Of a stretch of DNA of 64,000 bases, positions 38,346 through 53,050 are shown one piece after another (position 1 is the stretch's first letter; the number at the start of each line of letters is the position of its first letter). The notes below the pieces were generated by a model. It did no database searches and was not told the origin of the DNA. It worked only from the letters and a program-made list of their open reading frames with translations. Location of the stretch: the NCBI RefSeq assembly GCF_001194135.2, contig NC_068984.1:98035419-98099418 (forward strand), read 5' to 3'. A program made the translations under genes and the position numbers. Origin of the DNA: Octopus bimaculoides (Eukaryota).

Positions 38346-41300
38346 CAAAAGGTGGATGGTATGTATATGTGGGTATGTGCACACACACACAAACTTTTGG
38401 GTCTACAAATGATAGAAAAATACACAATACATATAGTAGAGTATCAATTTGAAATTGATGCTTTGCTATTCAAACTCCTAAATAAATTTGTGTATGAGTG
38501 TGTGTGTATAATATGCAGAGATGCCATTCAATTAACAGACAATTTTTTTCAATAACCAAGAAAGTAACCCACATCAGCCATTGATGACAGACATAATAAA
38601 AACAAATCTGGAAAACAATGTAGATAACTTCTCTTTAGATCTTCCAAGAGAGGGAGACCGTTGCCAGTCACACTAACACTGGTAAATACCAAATGAAGGT
38701 CAGTAAGAAATTAAAACCAACTGAATAGTAGTAAGATTAGGACTACCTTGCATTTCAAAGTTGACAACTCAATAGAATTTATTTTGAAGATTGTGAGAAA
38801 CACCACCGAGAGACTTGCTGAACTATATCTCATAGGGATTTTAAAGTATCAAGCTAAGTTAGAGTAGCAACCAGATTTGCAGCAGTGTTTCTACAGGAAG
38901 TTTTGAATTATTTGGAAATGCTATCATAGTGATAGTTAAACTATATTGTAGGATTGTAGCAGTGAAAATACAAAGATGTTGTGTAAAAAATGAATTAACC
39001 CCTTTCTTCCAAGCATTATTTAATAGCAGTTGATTGAAAATTTTATAATAGAAAAATGCCTACTAAATGACTGAAGTTTAACAACCGAGAGATTTGTAAA
39101 TTTTGAGAAGAATCATCAATGCTAACAATAACTGTTTGCCTCATGTTTTAACAAAACATTAATTAACAGATAATATTAAAAATGTAATGTGGTTGGTTAA
39201 TTTTGTTTTGCTAGTGTATAATTCTAATATTTGGTAAAAGTAAAGATTTTTAAAAGAGTAACAGGAGAAAAGAAAACAGACAATCCTATTACCGAAAAAA
39301 AAAAAAAGAGAAGAAAAAAAAACCCGACAATATCATATTCATACTCGAAAAACAAATGATGTCATTTCCCATTTAAAAAAGGGGACGTTAGTATAAATAA
39401 AAAGCCCTTCTTCTGAGTAAACCACTATTTCACCCAAAAGGATGTGAGATAAATGATAAGGAATATGGATTATCAAAACAACTTGCATATTCATAGAACA
39501 TTAATGGAAGTTCAGTTACATTTTCGAAGAATAACTGAAATGCACAGGAAGTGGACGGTTTTTCATTTTGAAATATTTTAAAGATGGCAGTTATGATGAG
39601 TTTGGGAAGGAGAAAATGGTGTTGGTTACATAGTACGGACTATAAAAGTAAAAAATTCAATTAAAAAACTGAGAAAGATATTGAAGAAAAAAAAAGAATT
39701 TGAAGAAAAACAAACCAACTTACAAAGCTTTTTATCAATTAATTTTAATTTCTGTGAAAGTATGATGCACCTGAATATCTCCCATTCAAAATATTGTGTA
39801 TGTGCTTACATAATGTTTGCATATACACGTAGTTGCATCAGAGATGCACAGCTGCTATAACCTGATTAGAGATTCACATTTGTAACTGCAACTACTTGTT
39901 TTTCTTTTTTTTTCTTTTTTTTAAAGTCTCAGCTTAGAGCTGCAGCCATGCTGATGCACCACCGTGAACTTGGTTATATTACAAATATTGCTTACTTGGA
40001 GTTCATGAACAAATCAAACAAAAGCCTTGTGTTCTGGCCATTTTATCTCTGATAGGAGACAGACAGTAAAAATATGCAAGACATTTTTAAAATTTAGGTT
40101 GTGACTTCATATAGTTTTTGATATCTTAACAACTAAGTCTGGTTTCTATATTAAAGACAGGTTTCTTTTATAATAGGGAAATTTAAAGTGTAAAAGACAG
40201 ACATATTTATATAATGTGATGAATGTGTGTGTTTGTGTATCTCTGTTCATGTCAATGCTTACCAATGTCACAAAACCATTTTACGTATGGAAGAGTGGTG
40301 AAGCTTATTTAATGAATCCACTACCAATTATACAAAGTTGCTATGTATGTAGATGTTACTAGCACTCAAGCACATCAAAATGATGGGTCCTTGTAGTGGG
40401 TTATTAATACAGCTTGTTCTCTCCAGACCAAATTCTTATCCTCACAAAGGAATCTGTCCCAACTGATGGAAAGAAGAAAAGTAATCTCTCTGATCCTGTG
40501 AACCTCTCAAAGATAATCAAAGACAATGAAAACAGTCGTAACCAACTACCTGTTTCATCACCTTGACTCTCTCTTCCTCCTCAGTATGATATCCAGAGCC
40601 ACAACTATTAATAACTTGCTCTACATTACACACCAGTCACTGAACTCTCTTTGAGAACTTTTGACTAAAGTAAAGTTGTTATCTGAGTTTGTTTGACATG
40701 AGAATCTCCAAGCAATACTCTTCAGAAAGCTCAAGTTTCTAGCATCCTTAGAAAATTAATAAATGTTTAATTGGTAAACAATTCTTCATATGGGTGTGGT
40801 CAAAGAAGTGTTGGATCTCTGGTCACATTATATACACTCTCTGTGTACCATGGCAGTAGACATGATCTTTATATTGGGTCACGTCTATATACATTCCTGT
40901 GCCCCATACACAGGCCCTAAAACATGCAATAAATGATTATCTCTTGATACAGACATGACACAGGCTATACTTGCAGGTTTTTTTGGATAAAGTTTTCAGA
41001 AATAGCCCAATAAGTTTACCATTAATTCCATGAAATATTCATGGGTCCTGCTAATCTATATAAACGTGTTAGTACCATGGAAGTAGACATGATCTCTGAC
41101 TCTCATATATGCAAGGTTTTACTATTTACATCAATATATGCCCCAGAGTACAATAAATTAGTACAAACATCTGAGATGAAGATTAAGCAAAACTGACTCA
41201 GTCTTGAACACTTCTCAGGTAGGTGGGCTACCACCTCTATTCAGTCAATGTATTGGCTTCTCACTTTCTCATCATACCTAGTGTCTCCTATCCAAATCTC

Positions 41301-41937
41301 TAACATTCTTTCCAAGAATTGCAGCCCTTAGGTATTAAACTATACAAGTCTCAGCTGAACAACCACATCACTCTCATTAGAATGGGAAGATAGTTAGAGA
41401 TGTTCACTAACCCTCCTATTCCAACTAAAAATATAAATAACAATTTCTTGATTTGGACACAAAACTTTGTATCTGTTTGACTTTAGTATATTATAAATAC
41501 TTGTTATCAAGCATTTATGTTATGGAAAGGTAAAAAGTATTATTGTGTAAAGAAATTTGGTAGACAACTATGTTGATTCAGACTCAGAACTCTAGTGGCA
41601 ATTTGGACACAATAGTCTTGGATCTTGGGCAGTACACCTAACTCATTGCCTGATTAACCCATTAGCATTCAGATTATTCTATCGAATACAATACATATTT
41701 ATTCACATTGTTTTGAATTCGTCATGCATTATCTCACAGCTTTAAAATTTTGATGATCTGGTTGTTTAGTTTTAGAACGACATTGTTAGGTAGGTGTAAG
41801 AGGTTGGGTCTGGCTAGTTTGAATATTTGGGATGGATATGGTTGGTTTCAACATCACCATCTGGCTGCTACCAGTCATGAAAGCACTGAAAAGAGTCTTG
41901 AGCATAATTATTTGTCTTTTGATAGGTGTGACTGTGT

Positions 41938-42355
41938 AGGTGCAGGCATGGATGTGTGGTAAGAAGCATGCTTTCCAACCACATGGTTCCAGGTTCAGTC
42001 CCACTGCATAGAACCTTGGGCAAGTGTCTTCTACTATAGCCTTGGGCCAACCAAAGCCTTGTGTGTGGATTTGGTAGATGGAAACTGAAAGCCGGTTGTG
42101 TGTGTGTGTGTGTGTGTGTGTGTACATTTATGTCTTTGTGTCTGTGTTTGTACCCCCACCATCACTTGACAACTGATGATGGTGTGTTTACGTCCTCGTA
42201 ACCTAGTGGTTTGGCAAAAGAGAAAACAGAATAAGTACTAGGCTTACAAAGAGCAAGTCCTGGGGTTTATTTCTCCGACTAAAAAACCCTTAAAGGTGGT
42301 GCTCCAGCATGGCTGTAGTCAAATGGCTGAAACAAGTGAAAGAATAAAAGAATAT
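41938..42355 (+). mobile_element. SINE family A copy with an alternative 3' tail
   Basis: Same head, central (TG)n, tail AAGGTGGTGCTCCAGCATGGCTGTAGTCAAATGGCTGAAACAAGTGAAAGAATAAAAGAAT. Confidence 0.85.
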
Positions 42356-43385
42356 TAAAAAAAAGAGATCAACCACTTCTAGATTTCAGTTTTGAACTCT
42401 GATATACTGAACTACTGTAAGTTGCAAACCTTGTAGCAGGTTGACATCGAGCCAAGTGCAAACACATAATAAAATAAAATGAGTTGACTGTCAACCATAG
42501 TTACTATGCTATAGTTACCAAGGTCATTATGACAACAGAAACTTAACTGCTTAATATAAATGACATTAGAATTTCGCAGAGGCTCATTAAGCATTTAAGA
42601 AATCTGTCATTAGTAAATGGGAGAGTATGGAAATTAAAAGGTGACCTAAATATTGAGATAATACCCTCAAGCATAGAATTAGTGATACAATTTTGAGATT
42701 TTCCTATGAGATTGAAAATATTCAATCTGCAATTAATCAAACCCTTTACCTTGGTTAACAGCAGCATTATGGTAAGCAACAAAGATATGACAGAATGACA
42801 TCAAGAAAAATTGGCCCAGATATCTATAATCTTTTGCTGATTAAGAATAGACTGGTTTTAAATTAGATTTAACCTAATTATGGACAGTGTCCAAGATGTG
42901 GGTTTAAAAGGCTGCAAAGATAATGATGACACAAGCATAATGCAAAGGACTCTTTTAAAAGACAACATGAATATAAGAAAACTAATTAAAAAGACAGTGT
43001 TTGTAACTTGTCATCAATACAGTACTGCGTCCATGGTTGAGATGCTCAACACTTATTGATCTGGTTTGTCTAGATATAAATATATACGTTAAACGATGAT
43101 GATGATGGTGATGATGATGATGATGATGTAAACAAGGCACACACAGTCCAAGTAGTGTTTTGTTAGCTTGTTATGCTAATATTAAATCTTCAAAGACACC
43201 TTAAGGTAAACTTAGTAAAGATGAAGGTTTTAGAAAGCAGGAAAGAAGACTGAACCCTGGTATCTTCAGGGAAATGACCTTAGTTGATATGCAGAAAAGG
43301 AGTAAGTTTAAACTTCATAAACTGCACCCAATGTCAGCTATGGACATTCAAGTGATGTAGAGGAATCACAAGCAGTAAACATAAG

Positions 43386-43429
43386 CTTCATATGAGATAG
43401 ATGCACTGGAGCATCTATCTCATATGAAG
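43386..43429. repeat. Perfect 19-bp inverted repeat with a 6-nt loop, followed by a long T tract
   Basis: CTTCATATGAGATAGATGC-ACTGGA-GCATCTATCTCATATGAAG; the T run starts about 8 nt downstream. Confidence 0.95.
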
Positions 43430-43437
43430 TATCCTTC

Positions 43438-43470
<33 letters not shown>

Positions 43471-46189
43471 ATTAGTGATTTTCCAAAGTTGAATTTTTTT
43501 TTATTAGTTGCCAAGTCAAGTGTGAAACAATAATTATTTTAGAGGTTATGAATGAATTTGAAATCTCAAGAGTAGCATCTCACCATTTTATGTATAAATG
43601 TTCTAAGTGGTATCTATAAGACTACCATGCCTGTTGCCAATGTCAAGAAAACATGTTCAGTAGAGAACCAACAGAATAGGAATAATAAAATTTGATTGTC
43701 TTCCAACAAGATAAAACAGGTGAGGAAGTAAGGGAAAATATTCAAGAATTTAAAAGAAATAATACTAGTAGCCTTTTGGACAGATTACAGAGAAAAACAA
43801 AACAAAACAAAAACAATGAAAAATCCCATAAAACCACCATAAACCTGTGTGTAAGAAATGTTGATACTATAATAGTAATAATCAGATGGAAATGCACATT
43901 TGTTTGTTTAATGTCCATTTTCCCATGTTATAGATTTAAATGGTTGTTTAAAGTTAGATTTAACAGTCAGCTATTCTTCTTGTCACCAACCCTTACTTTT
44001 TTTTTCAAGTGAAGAACTTCTTTATTACACAGACCTTCAAAAATGCAAAGCAACCAATCATAATATCAACAAAGAACATAAGCACTGTTTTGCTCAAGTG
44101 GTTACAGCATGGAAGTATAATTATGCACATACATTTGCAAACATGCACGCAAATTATGGGCTTCCTGCAGTTTTATCTATCAAAATCCCTTACAAAGAAT
44201 TGATTGCTCCAGGGTTACAGTAGAAGATATGCCCACAATACTGTGCAGTGGGAACAAACCAAAAATCACATGGTTAAGAAGCAAATTACTGAGCCACATA
44301 ACAATATTACAAATGAGAATTTCTGAATAAAACTGAACACAGTGACTATAGCCCTTTTGAAATAAGTTTTAAAATGTGTATTCTTTAAAAGTAAAAATAA
44401 TATAAAGAACCTTATTTTTTTGCCAAACTTTTATTATAGGTAGAATGTTTTATTTTTATTAGAAATGCATTGAAAACAGTTCATAGCCAATGTAAGTATT
44501 TTGGAATTTGGAAATTATCCAATATTGAAAGGTTAGCTAAAAGTTTTCATAGAATACCTCCCACCCAACAGCTGTAATAGATATTCCTCATGATTATTTC
44601 ATAATAATTACCTTGTATACATACATCTACTTTTAATTGTAAGTGTAGATAGATAGGTAGGCTATGACCTGGATTGTTTCATAATCAGCTACAATTGTAT
44701 GGTAGTTCCAGTTGCCATGACTACAAATATTATCAGTGAGAAGTGGGGAATTTGAAAGAAAAAAAATCATCATACTACAGGAATGTTCATAAATAATCTT
44801 TTAACTTCCATATTCAAGTCCTCTGGATCAAAATGTTTTGAAATATTTTTAAAAAAATGAACATTTGTCTCCCTTTATTTCTCTTCCTCTGGTGATGTCA
44901 CAGAAACCTTTCCTGTAGGCAAATATATTTGACATGAACACTTCAATATCATTCACTATTAGTCAGCCAATCTTCATAAAAAAATTGTCTAATAAAGAAA
45001 AAAAAAAAACTTTTGATGCTGCAAAATATATTTCATATTAATCAATAACACTTAAACCCCATACTTAAGTGAGGCTTATTTAACATGCTCAAAAATCACC
45101 ATTTTATTTATTCCAGTCAGGATTAAATAAATTAATAGGTTTTTCTTCACATCAGTTTTTGACTCTTAGGTTTTCTTTGATACTCCTTTTTGTAAATATG
45201 CAATGGATCATAGTAAGGAATACATTTAGCTGTTAAAAACCTTTGTTCCATTAACAATTCTTGGGTGCTTTTAATAAAGTCAACTACTGTAAGCATTCAG
45301 GTCACATCTCCAGTTGAGAATAACTTTGTCCCACCTTCAGAGGCCCTCTAATAATTATAGGTGCTGTCTTCCCTTCTGACAAATGAGAAAAAAATTGCAG
45401 TAGTACTCAAAATGTCAATGCAGTTTTGTGTCTCTACAATACTATTAGATATAGCTATAGGCAAACCTGTTAAACTGATGCAAACCAAAACTTCTCAAAT
45501 GAAATGATGAAAAATAACATATGGTTTAGAGAGTAGAATGTTTGAGAGATTAGTGAAAAGTTTAGGATAGATTGATGACAATGTTAATAGAGGAAGACTG
45601 ATTATAATTTTCATATGAAACAAGGACTGATCAAGATTCTAAATGCTGTTAAAAAACTAAGGATGTCAATCAGGAGTTAGATATTTCTAAATAACTCAAT
45701 AAATTGGCAATACTAACAAGAATTTAAAAAATGAAATTGAATGTCTTAGGCAAAACTCTTTGAAAGTAAAGTCTCATATTACTGTCAATCCAGGGAATAG
45801 TTTTATGTTGATTCACAACATTTTCATAGAACCTGACTTATTGTTTAGCTCCATGTCAATCTTGATTAAATAGGCATATGATCCAGTGCCCCCATCCTGG
45901 TTTTCATATATTTAGTGTATCTAAGATTACATTAGCTGGTAGGGAGTAATCCAAGTTGGTCTTTGCTGTTATTTCTAGCAGACTGAGCAACTATGAATAA
46001 AAGATTGGCTCATCAAGTAGATTTGGGCTGACTAAAAAGGTTATTTCTATCAATAAGTATAACATGCAAATAGGAGCAAAGGCAGAAAACAGAGACTATA
46101 TGTAATGTTTAGTGCTGAACATAGCAAGGCAGATACAGATTGGGTGATATGAGGTAGAAAGTGAACTACTTTAAGTGAAGATAGATAAG

Positions 46190-46570
46190 CACAGGTGTAG
46201 CTGTGGAGGTTTAGGAGCTTGCTTCCCAATGCAACTGTGCGGTCTTGGGTTCAGTCCCACTGTGTGGCACTTTGGGCAGGTCTCTTTTACTTACAGCACC
46301 AGGCTGACCAACGCTTTGTGAGTAGATCTGGCAGATGGAACTAATGAGCATATATACATGTGTATATGTATGCATGTGTGAACAAGTGTGTGTGTGTTTG
46401 TGTGTACTTTTGTCTTAAAATCCTGTGATGGTCTTAAATGAGCAACATCATTGCTCATTTCCAGTTTTCTGTGGGGGAAAAAGTCTAGCCATGGGAAGAT
46501 TGATGACAGAAAGTGCAGCCAAAGAAAAAAAACTACCTGAATAAATTCTGTCTGACCCATACTAGCATGG
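46190..46570 (+). mobile_element. SINE family A copy with an RTE-type tail
   Basis: Head AGGTGTAGCTGTGGAGG..GGGTTCAGTCCCACTG; ends TCTGACCCATACTAGCATGG. Confidence 0.8.
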
Positions 46571-47384
46571 GTGGGAATACATATATTACAAAACTTTGCA
46601 GAAATTAGTGAAAATTCTAATCAATGTACATCATGTTCTCAATGTACTTCAGAAGTCAGCCCATAACAGGTCCTACATTGCTTCTTATACTGATTCACAT
46701 GGAATTAATATATTTAATATTTAGTTTGCATTATTGGAGGCTAGACTTTTGAAAGACCACATGACTGATGAAGGAGTTAGCTGATATAGGGTAAAAGCTT
46801 AATAAAGAGTGGATTGGTATATCTTGGTTGTGAATTATAACATATGTAGCATGAAAGAATGAAAGTTACATACTGGGGGAGGGTGTCATAAAAGCAAGTT
46901 GATAAATACAGAGGTTGTTAGGTAAAGGTAGAGTAACAAATGAGAAGATATAACTGAATGATGAGCAAAGAAATAAAGTGTAGTGGATGAATGTATAAGT
47001 ATGGTGCTTCTTTCATATAAACTATTCAGAAAACTATTACAGATCTCAAATTTAGTGTCACCAAAGTGTTTTAAATACAAAGGTCTCAGAAAATGTAAGC
47101 AATGGGCATATGAGGAAAATGAAGGAAAAAAAGATAAACAAGAACATGACAGGAAATAGGTTAGAGAAAAATAAAAACTTTGAGTAGGTATTTCTTAGAA
47201 AAGAGACAGAGTGGCACCAAAGTGAAGCAGGAAAAAAAGTTGAGTTTATAGAATAACAAGCAGAATCGAGGTAGTAACTGTACACAGAAATAATAATTAC
47301 CTTTATCATATAAATGGCTAGAGAAAAGCATCAACCATCCCTGTGTTGAAACAAGAATTAGGTACATCTTTGAGGTTATGTACA

Positions 47385-47558
47385 GAAGTGCTCTAGGTTA
47401 ACAAGGCTGTTTGTTCTGAGTTCAAACCATACTGAGGTCAACTTTGCCTTTTATCATTTTGGGGTTGATAAAATAGAAGTGTTAGTCAAGTACTGGGGTT
47501 GATAGTACTAATTTATCCCCTCCTCTCAAACTTGCTAGCTTTGTACCTAAATCAAAAC

Positions 47559-47626
<68 letters not shown>

Positions 47627-47647
47627 GGTGGTGGTGGTGGTGATGAT
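47385..47647 (+). mobile_element. SINE family B copy ending in the compound microsatellite (ATT)11(AGT)8(GGT)8(GAT)2
   Basis: GTTCTGAGTTCAAACCATACTGAGGTCAACTTTGCC.. B-box-like head; repeat blocks counted at 47561-47647. Confidence 0.8.
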
Positions 47648-50600
47648 ATGATTCAAGTGAACAATAGTATATAAATCAGAGGATACTGGATTGTATTGTA
47701 TGTGTTGACTATGGGAAACAGAAACTAAAAAAATTTTCTCAATTTTAATTGATAAAGTAACAAACTTTTTATGTAAGCTCCTCACAATAAATTTATCAAA
47801 ATTATTAGAGCAATAAGTACACTCTTTTAAAAAGCCATTTAAAATTGTTCTCGAATAAATTGAAAAATATATTATCACTGATTAATGATTGGTGCCCTCT
47901 ATTAAGTAATTTAGATTGTCACTAATACTTAATAGTCTGATAAACTCTTACATAATGGTCTCAGCTGTAACAGTCAGTTACTTTAGTAAGTAAAATATTA
48001 TGTGACTGTTCTAAATATTTTATCTTTAATTCACTGAATTACATCTGATTTCAACTATATCACATTCACATTGTACGTTTTAGCAGCCAAGTGCCAATTC
48101 CCTTTCTGTAAGTGTTCAGCACACAAGCAGCACCCAAGTTCATCCGCTTTTTTGAAGTAAATAAAGAATTTATAAAAAATAAAAAAAAATTAATGAAAAC
48201 CTAAAACATAACTGTGAGATTTAATGAGCATTCCATACAACATAACATTTACTACTAATCATAACTAGGCATATTCCTTCGAAAAATGCAACATTATATA
48301 GGGACATTTCATAATGTCTGTAGAGGAAAAATGTACAAAAAAGCATTAACAAACAGCAATTCAATTTTTGTTGCAGGAAAGCTGTACAAAAGAATAATTA
48401 GATAACAAATATTTTAATACTTCAAAGACTAAATGATTGTTTTAGATTTTCTGTTGTGATGAAATTTAGCTAAATTTAAATGTATTTAATGACATTTTCT
48501 CTCTTGTCCAAAGAATGAAAAATTCCTTGTTCTTAAAGAAATTTCTTGTGATGAATCAAAATAATGTAACATTTCTCTATCAGATCAGGTTTTTGCATGG
48601 CAAGGGAGATCCAGGAAGACATGGGACAAAATATTGAAGGCTGATCTTAAGATGCTGAGATTTATGAAGATGACAAAGAATCGCGATATCTGACACCTTA
48701 CTGTACTCAAGAAGACTTGTCTACCATAGCAGAATTGATATCTTAAAACCACCTTGGTAATGCTTGTCCATGAGGGGCTCTGCCCTGTTAATTTTCTTTT
48801 CCCCCCATATTTCATCCCCTAACGTCCATCACTTCTCTATCATTTAATAACAGAAAAGGTACAAAATACACACCTTAACTTTCTCAATTATCTTTCTTCC
48901 TCCAAACCACTCCCATTTTCTTGTCCCACCTATTGTCTCCACCAATCACTTCTATACTGTACCCTCTCTCCCCTAGGCTGTTCTCAATCATTAAGCTATC
49001 ACTTCAATGCTCTCACATATCTACCATAACTGCTGCACCCCAAGCTTCTTCTATATTTCTCTCCATCATTTGCTACAGTCACATCAAACCTGCCCACTCA
49101 CCCAGTCCAAACCTCTATATTACCTCACTTATTCTCTCTACACTCAATGTTCTTTGAGGGCATGTCAGTGTTGGTGCCATATAAAAAGCACTCAGTAAAG
49201 TGGTTGGCATTAAGATGGACATTTGGCTGTAAAAACCAGGCCAAAATAGACAATGAAACCTGGTGTGGCTCCTGGTCAGCTTCTGTCAAACTGTCCAACC
49301 TATTGCCAGCATGGAATATGGATGTTAAACGATGATGATGACGAAATGCAATTTTTAAAGACCCATTTGGTTGTACATTTATTAAAATACAAACAAAAAA
49401 ACATAGTTGTATTTGTTGCCTACTATACCAGAATAGTTTTTGGTTGATTTCACAAAAAATTTCTGCAAATATTTTTTAAACTGATCCACAAAACTTTCTC
49501 AACTTCATTCAAATCTCACCAGTTCTCTTATCTGAGGGCCTACAAAAATATTGTGTTCAATATTGGTTTCACTGAAATGGAGAAACTTATTTCTCAAACC
49601 CCTAAATGGCAAGATGGTCATAACTAGAACACCTTTGATTGCAGGTTTGGTGGATCAGGTGGTGGGTGGGGGTAAGGCAAACAATAACGACAACAACCAT
49701 GCTGTAGCTGATGATCTTACACTGTTACAAAGGATTATATCTATTGGGGAAAAACAGAGGCATCGTGAAAGTCAGGCCTTTCTCTATAATATCAGAAAAT
49801 AAGTGGATTCAACTTGGAATTGAAATTGGATTGCAGACTGCTCAGTGGCCACTTATAACTGCATAAATTTTTTAGACTTGTTCGACTAAATATAAAATAC
49901 ATATTCATGATCAATTAGTTGTTTTTTAAATGATTTGCCTTAACATTTGAAAAGATTATTCATGTGATGACTGATAATAAGATCGTGCTATGAGTAAACA
50001 TGAAATGCTTATTCTTTCATAGAGAAGCAAAAACCCCTAAAAGTGATCACAATAAAAAAGGAAACATTCGACCAAGTAATAACAAATGTATTATAACAAA
50101 GATTTCTTTAAAATTTTTAAGCCCCATTCAAAGTAACAAAAGCATCAAAATACTGAAATATTGCGGTCTTTTCCAAGGTCATGTTATTCCACTGGGAATT
50201 AGAGCTTCATTTTTCCAAGAATTTATAATAAAAGAATTTCACACACAATGATAATAATTGAAACTAATAAAGAATATTTCTGCTTCAATAACAAAATCTT
50301 AAGCAAGTAAAATGAAATGCTTTGTTAGTCAAAATATAATTGTATGAGTCAATAAAAGATCCTCAACATAATCACTTGACCTACAAGAAATGGCAAACAA
50401 ATCATACCATAATTTAAAAGAGGAAACATTTGATAATGTAGTCTTAGATACTTTATGCCTCAATGAAATGCAACATGATCAAAGTTGGAAAGTCTTAAGT
50501 TTCTGTTGGATCAAGGCAACCTGAGGTTGAACAACTTATAGTTACAGAGTGGAAGCTTGTTAATTTGTGTATGCAGTCATTGCTTGTGGATGAAGATAAT

Positions 50601-50759
50601 AATGACAGCAACAATATGCAATGAAACACAGGTAGCTTGACAGCCGTCCTATTGAGAGGAGAGCAGATATTACCTAAAATATGTTTCTCCTACTATTACT
50701 GCTGCTACTCTTCCTCTACTACTACTACTACTACAATCCCCCACCACCAATAAGACTAA

Positions 50760-50950
50760 CTGTTTCAAATTTTGGCATATTGCCAGTAATTTTAGGAAGG
50801 GAAAGCAAGTCAATTACATTGGCACTTTATTTTATCAACTCCAAAAGGATGAAATGAAAAGTTGACTTCAGAGGAATTTGAAATCTGAACATAAAGTGCC
50901 TGAAGAAATGCTGCTAAGTATTTTTTCTGAGGCTCTAACAATTCTGCTGG
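50760..50950 (-). mobile_element. SINE family B copy
   Basis: Similar to the copies at 53051-53670, 11990-12350, 9945-10085 and 47385-47560. Confidence 0.75.
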
Positions 50951-50962
50951 GGGCATAGAATT

Positions 50963-52347
50963 GCCAAATGGAGAAAGAATGGAAGACCTGGATGATGATG
51001 GGTACAAGTGCCTTGGGATCCTGGAGCTGGACAATATCTTGCACAGAGAAAAGAAAGACAAGGTCATCACTGCACACTTCAAGTGCCTCAAACTTCTCTT
51101 GAAATCAAAGCTCAACTCAAGGAACTGTGTAACTGCCATCAACATATGGGCCATTGCTGTAGTCTGCTATAGTGCACTCATCTTGAAATGGACACAAGCA
51201 GAGATTGACTAACTCGATTGCACTACCCAAAAGACAATGATAATGCATGGTGCCCTCCACCCTAAGGCAAATGTACACAGGCTCTACATGAAGAGAGGTA
51301 AGGGTGGATGTGGGCTGATTAGCATACAGGAGTGCATCAAAAAGAGGAAACATAGCAGAATATTTGGTAAATAGCAAAGAAAACCTGGTACAATATGCTG
51401 CTAGTGCAGGAAGAGTTAACAAAAATGGACTTGAGAGTGCTCATAAATTCCAAACAATAGCAGCTAACGAGAGAGAAGAAACCCATCTCTTATGGAATTA
51501 CATGGTCAGTTCCACTGTGAAACCAACAAATTAAAAGACCAGGGAGCATCATGGAGGTGGCTCCAGAAGGGTGATCTAAAAAAGAATACTGAAGGCCTAA
51601 TTATCGTGGTCCAGGACCAGGCATTTAATACCAACTCAGTGAAAAAGAATATATACCACACAAGTGCATTGGACCTCTGCAGAATATGTGGAAAGAGGGT
51701 TGAAAGTGTGATTCATATTTTTAGTGCTTGTGAAAGTCTTGCGCAGAAAGTGTACAAGCGTAGACATGGAGTAGCCCAAAACTTACACTGGCTACTATGC
51801 CATAAGTATGGATATGAGGTTACGGGTGCTTGGTACCAACATACACTGGAAAAGGTAATGGATGAAAAGGAGAAGGCAAAAATCCTCTGGGACTTTGATT
51901 TCCAGACAGACAATGTGTTAGAGCACGAAAGGCCGGATATAGTAACCTTTGAGAGGGACAAACAATAGTGCCTAATAATCGACATAGTAGTGCCAGGAGA
52001 TCAACATATCATCATTAGAGAAAGAGAAAAAGTTGATAAATATGGAGACCTGAGAATTGAGATCGCTAAGATGTGGCACCTACAAGAGTCGAACATAAAG
52101 GTTATCCCTATTGTCATCGGAGCAATGGGCTCAATACCACCCAATCTGAAAAAAACATCTGAAAACCTTAGAGATATCCTACAATTTAGATGTATTGCAA
52201 AAGTCAGCATTACTTGGAACTGCACACATGTTGCGTAAAGTACTGTCTGTCTGAGGTCTGTGTTGTGACTTGACAAACAGTACAAACCCCCAGTAGATAC
52301 AATATCTTCAATCAACAACCTCACAATATTGTATACTGTGCAACATC

Positions 52348-52382
<35 letters not shown>
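50963..52382 (+). mobile_element. 5'-truncated R4/Dong-like LINE: RT end, CCHC finger, restriction-like endonuclease, 3' UTR, (TAA)11
   Basis: YKCLGILE, RLYMKRGKGGCGLISI, CRICGKRVESVIHIFSAC, ILWDFDFQTDNVLEHERPDIV, EKVDKYGDL, VIPIVIGAMG, LRKVLSV* (stop 52252-52254); (TAA)11 at 52350-52382. Confidence 0.93.
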
Positions 52383-52385
<3 letters not shown>

Positions 52386-52389
52386 CAAC

Positions 52390-53050
52390 AACTAGAAAAG
52401 CACTCGGAGAGCACAGACCTCTGCCAAGCAGCTCATTTTCACCCATATACACGCATGCAGAAAATTGCCCAATTTCCCAAACCGACGCTGGCAAAAACAT
52501 AACTTCCTTGGCGGGGTTTAAAAAAAAAAATAACACAGCCATATGATTTTAAAAAAAGAAAAAAACTTTAAAAACAGGAATCATCTGAAGCAGTTATATA
52601 ATACATCAATGACAACAGCAAGCTTGTTTCACAGCGGCAGTGGAGGAAGCAAAGCCTGAGATTTTTGAGTTAATTCAAATAGTCAAGGCTTGTCATGTCA
52701 TCCTCTGCAGACCTCCATCAAGCAGCTCATTTTAAGATTGATATGAGAGTAAAATTACTAATAGAGAAACGAAAATAAACTTTGGAAACAGCAACGCCAC
52801 CATAGTGGAAATGATGTGTTTTCAAGGGAGACAATCAAAGAATGTAACATTGTAATACTTCAAGTAAATATAACATAAAAATTCACATATCACCACCAAA
52901 ATTTCATCATCTGTTCCTTGTGTCATTACCAACTTTTCCTCTAAGTTTCATCAAATACCGTATACAACTTTTTGAGTTATTTTACACACAGATGGACAAA
53001 CGGACAAACCAATGCTGATGAAAACATAACTTCCTTCGTCGGCAGAGGTA
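52390..53050. mobile_element. Non-autonomous DINE/HINE (Helentron-associated)-like element
   Basis: Left AACTAGAAAAGCACTC..ACCTCTGCCAAG. Right AAAACATAACTTCCTT..GGCAGAGGTAA, complementary to the left subterminal motif. A second right-end motif at about 52495-52520. Confidence 0.55.
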
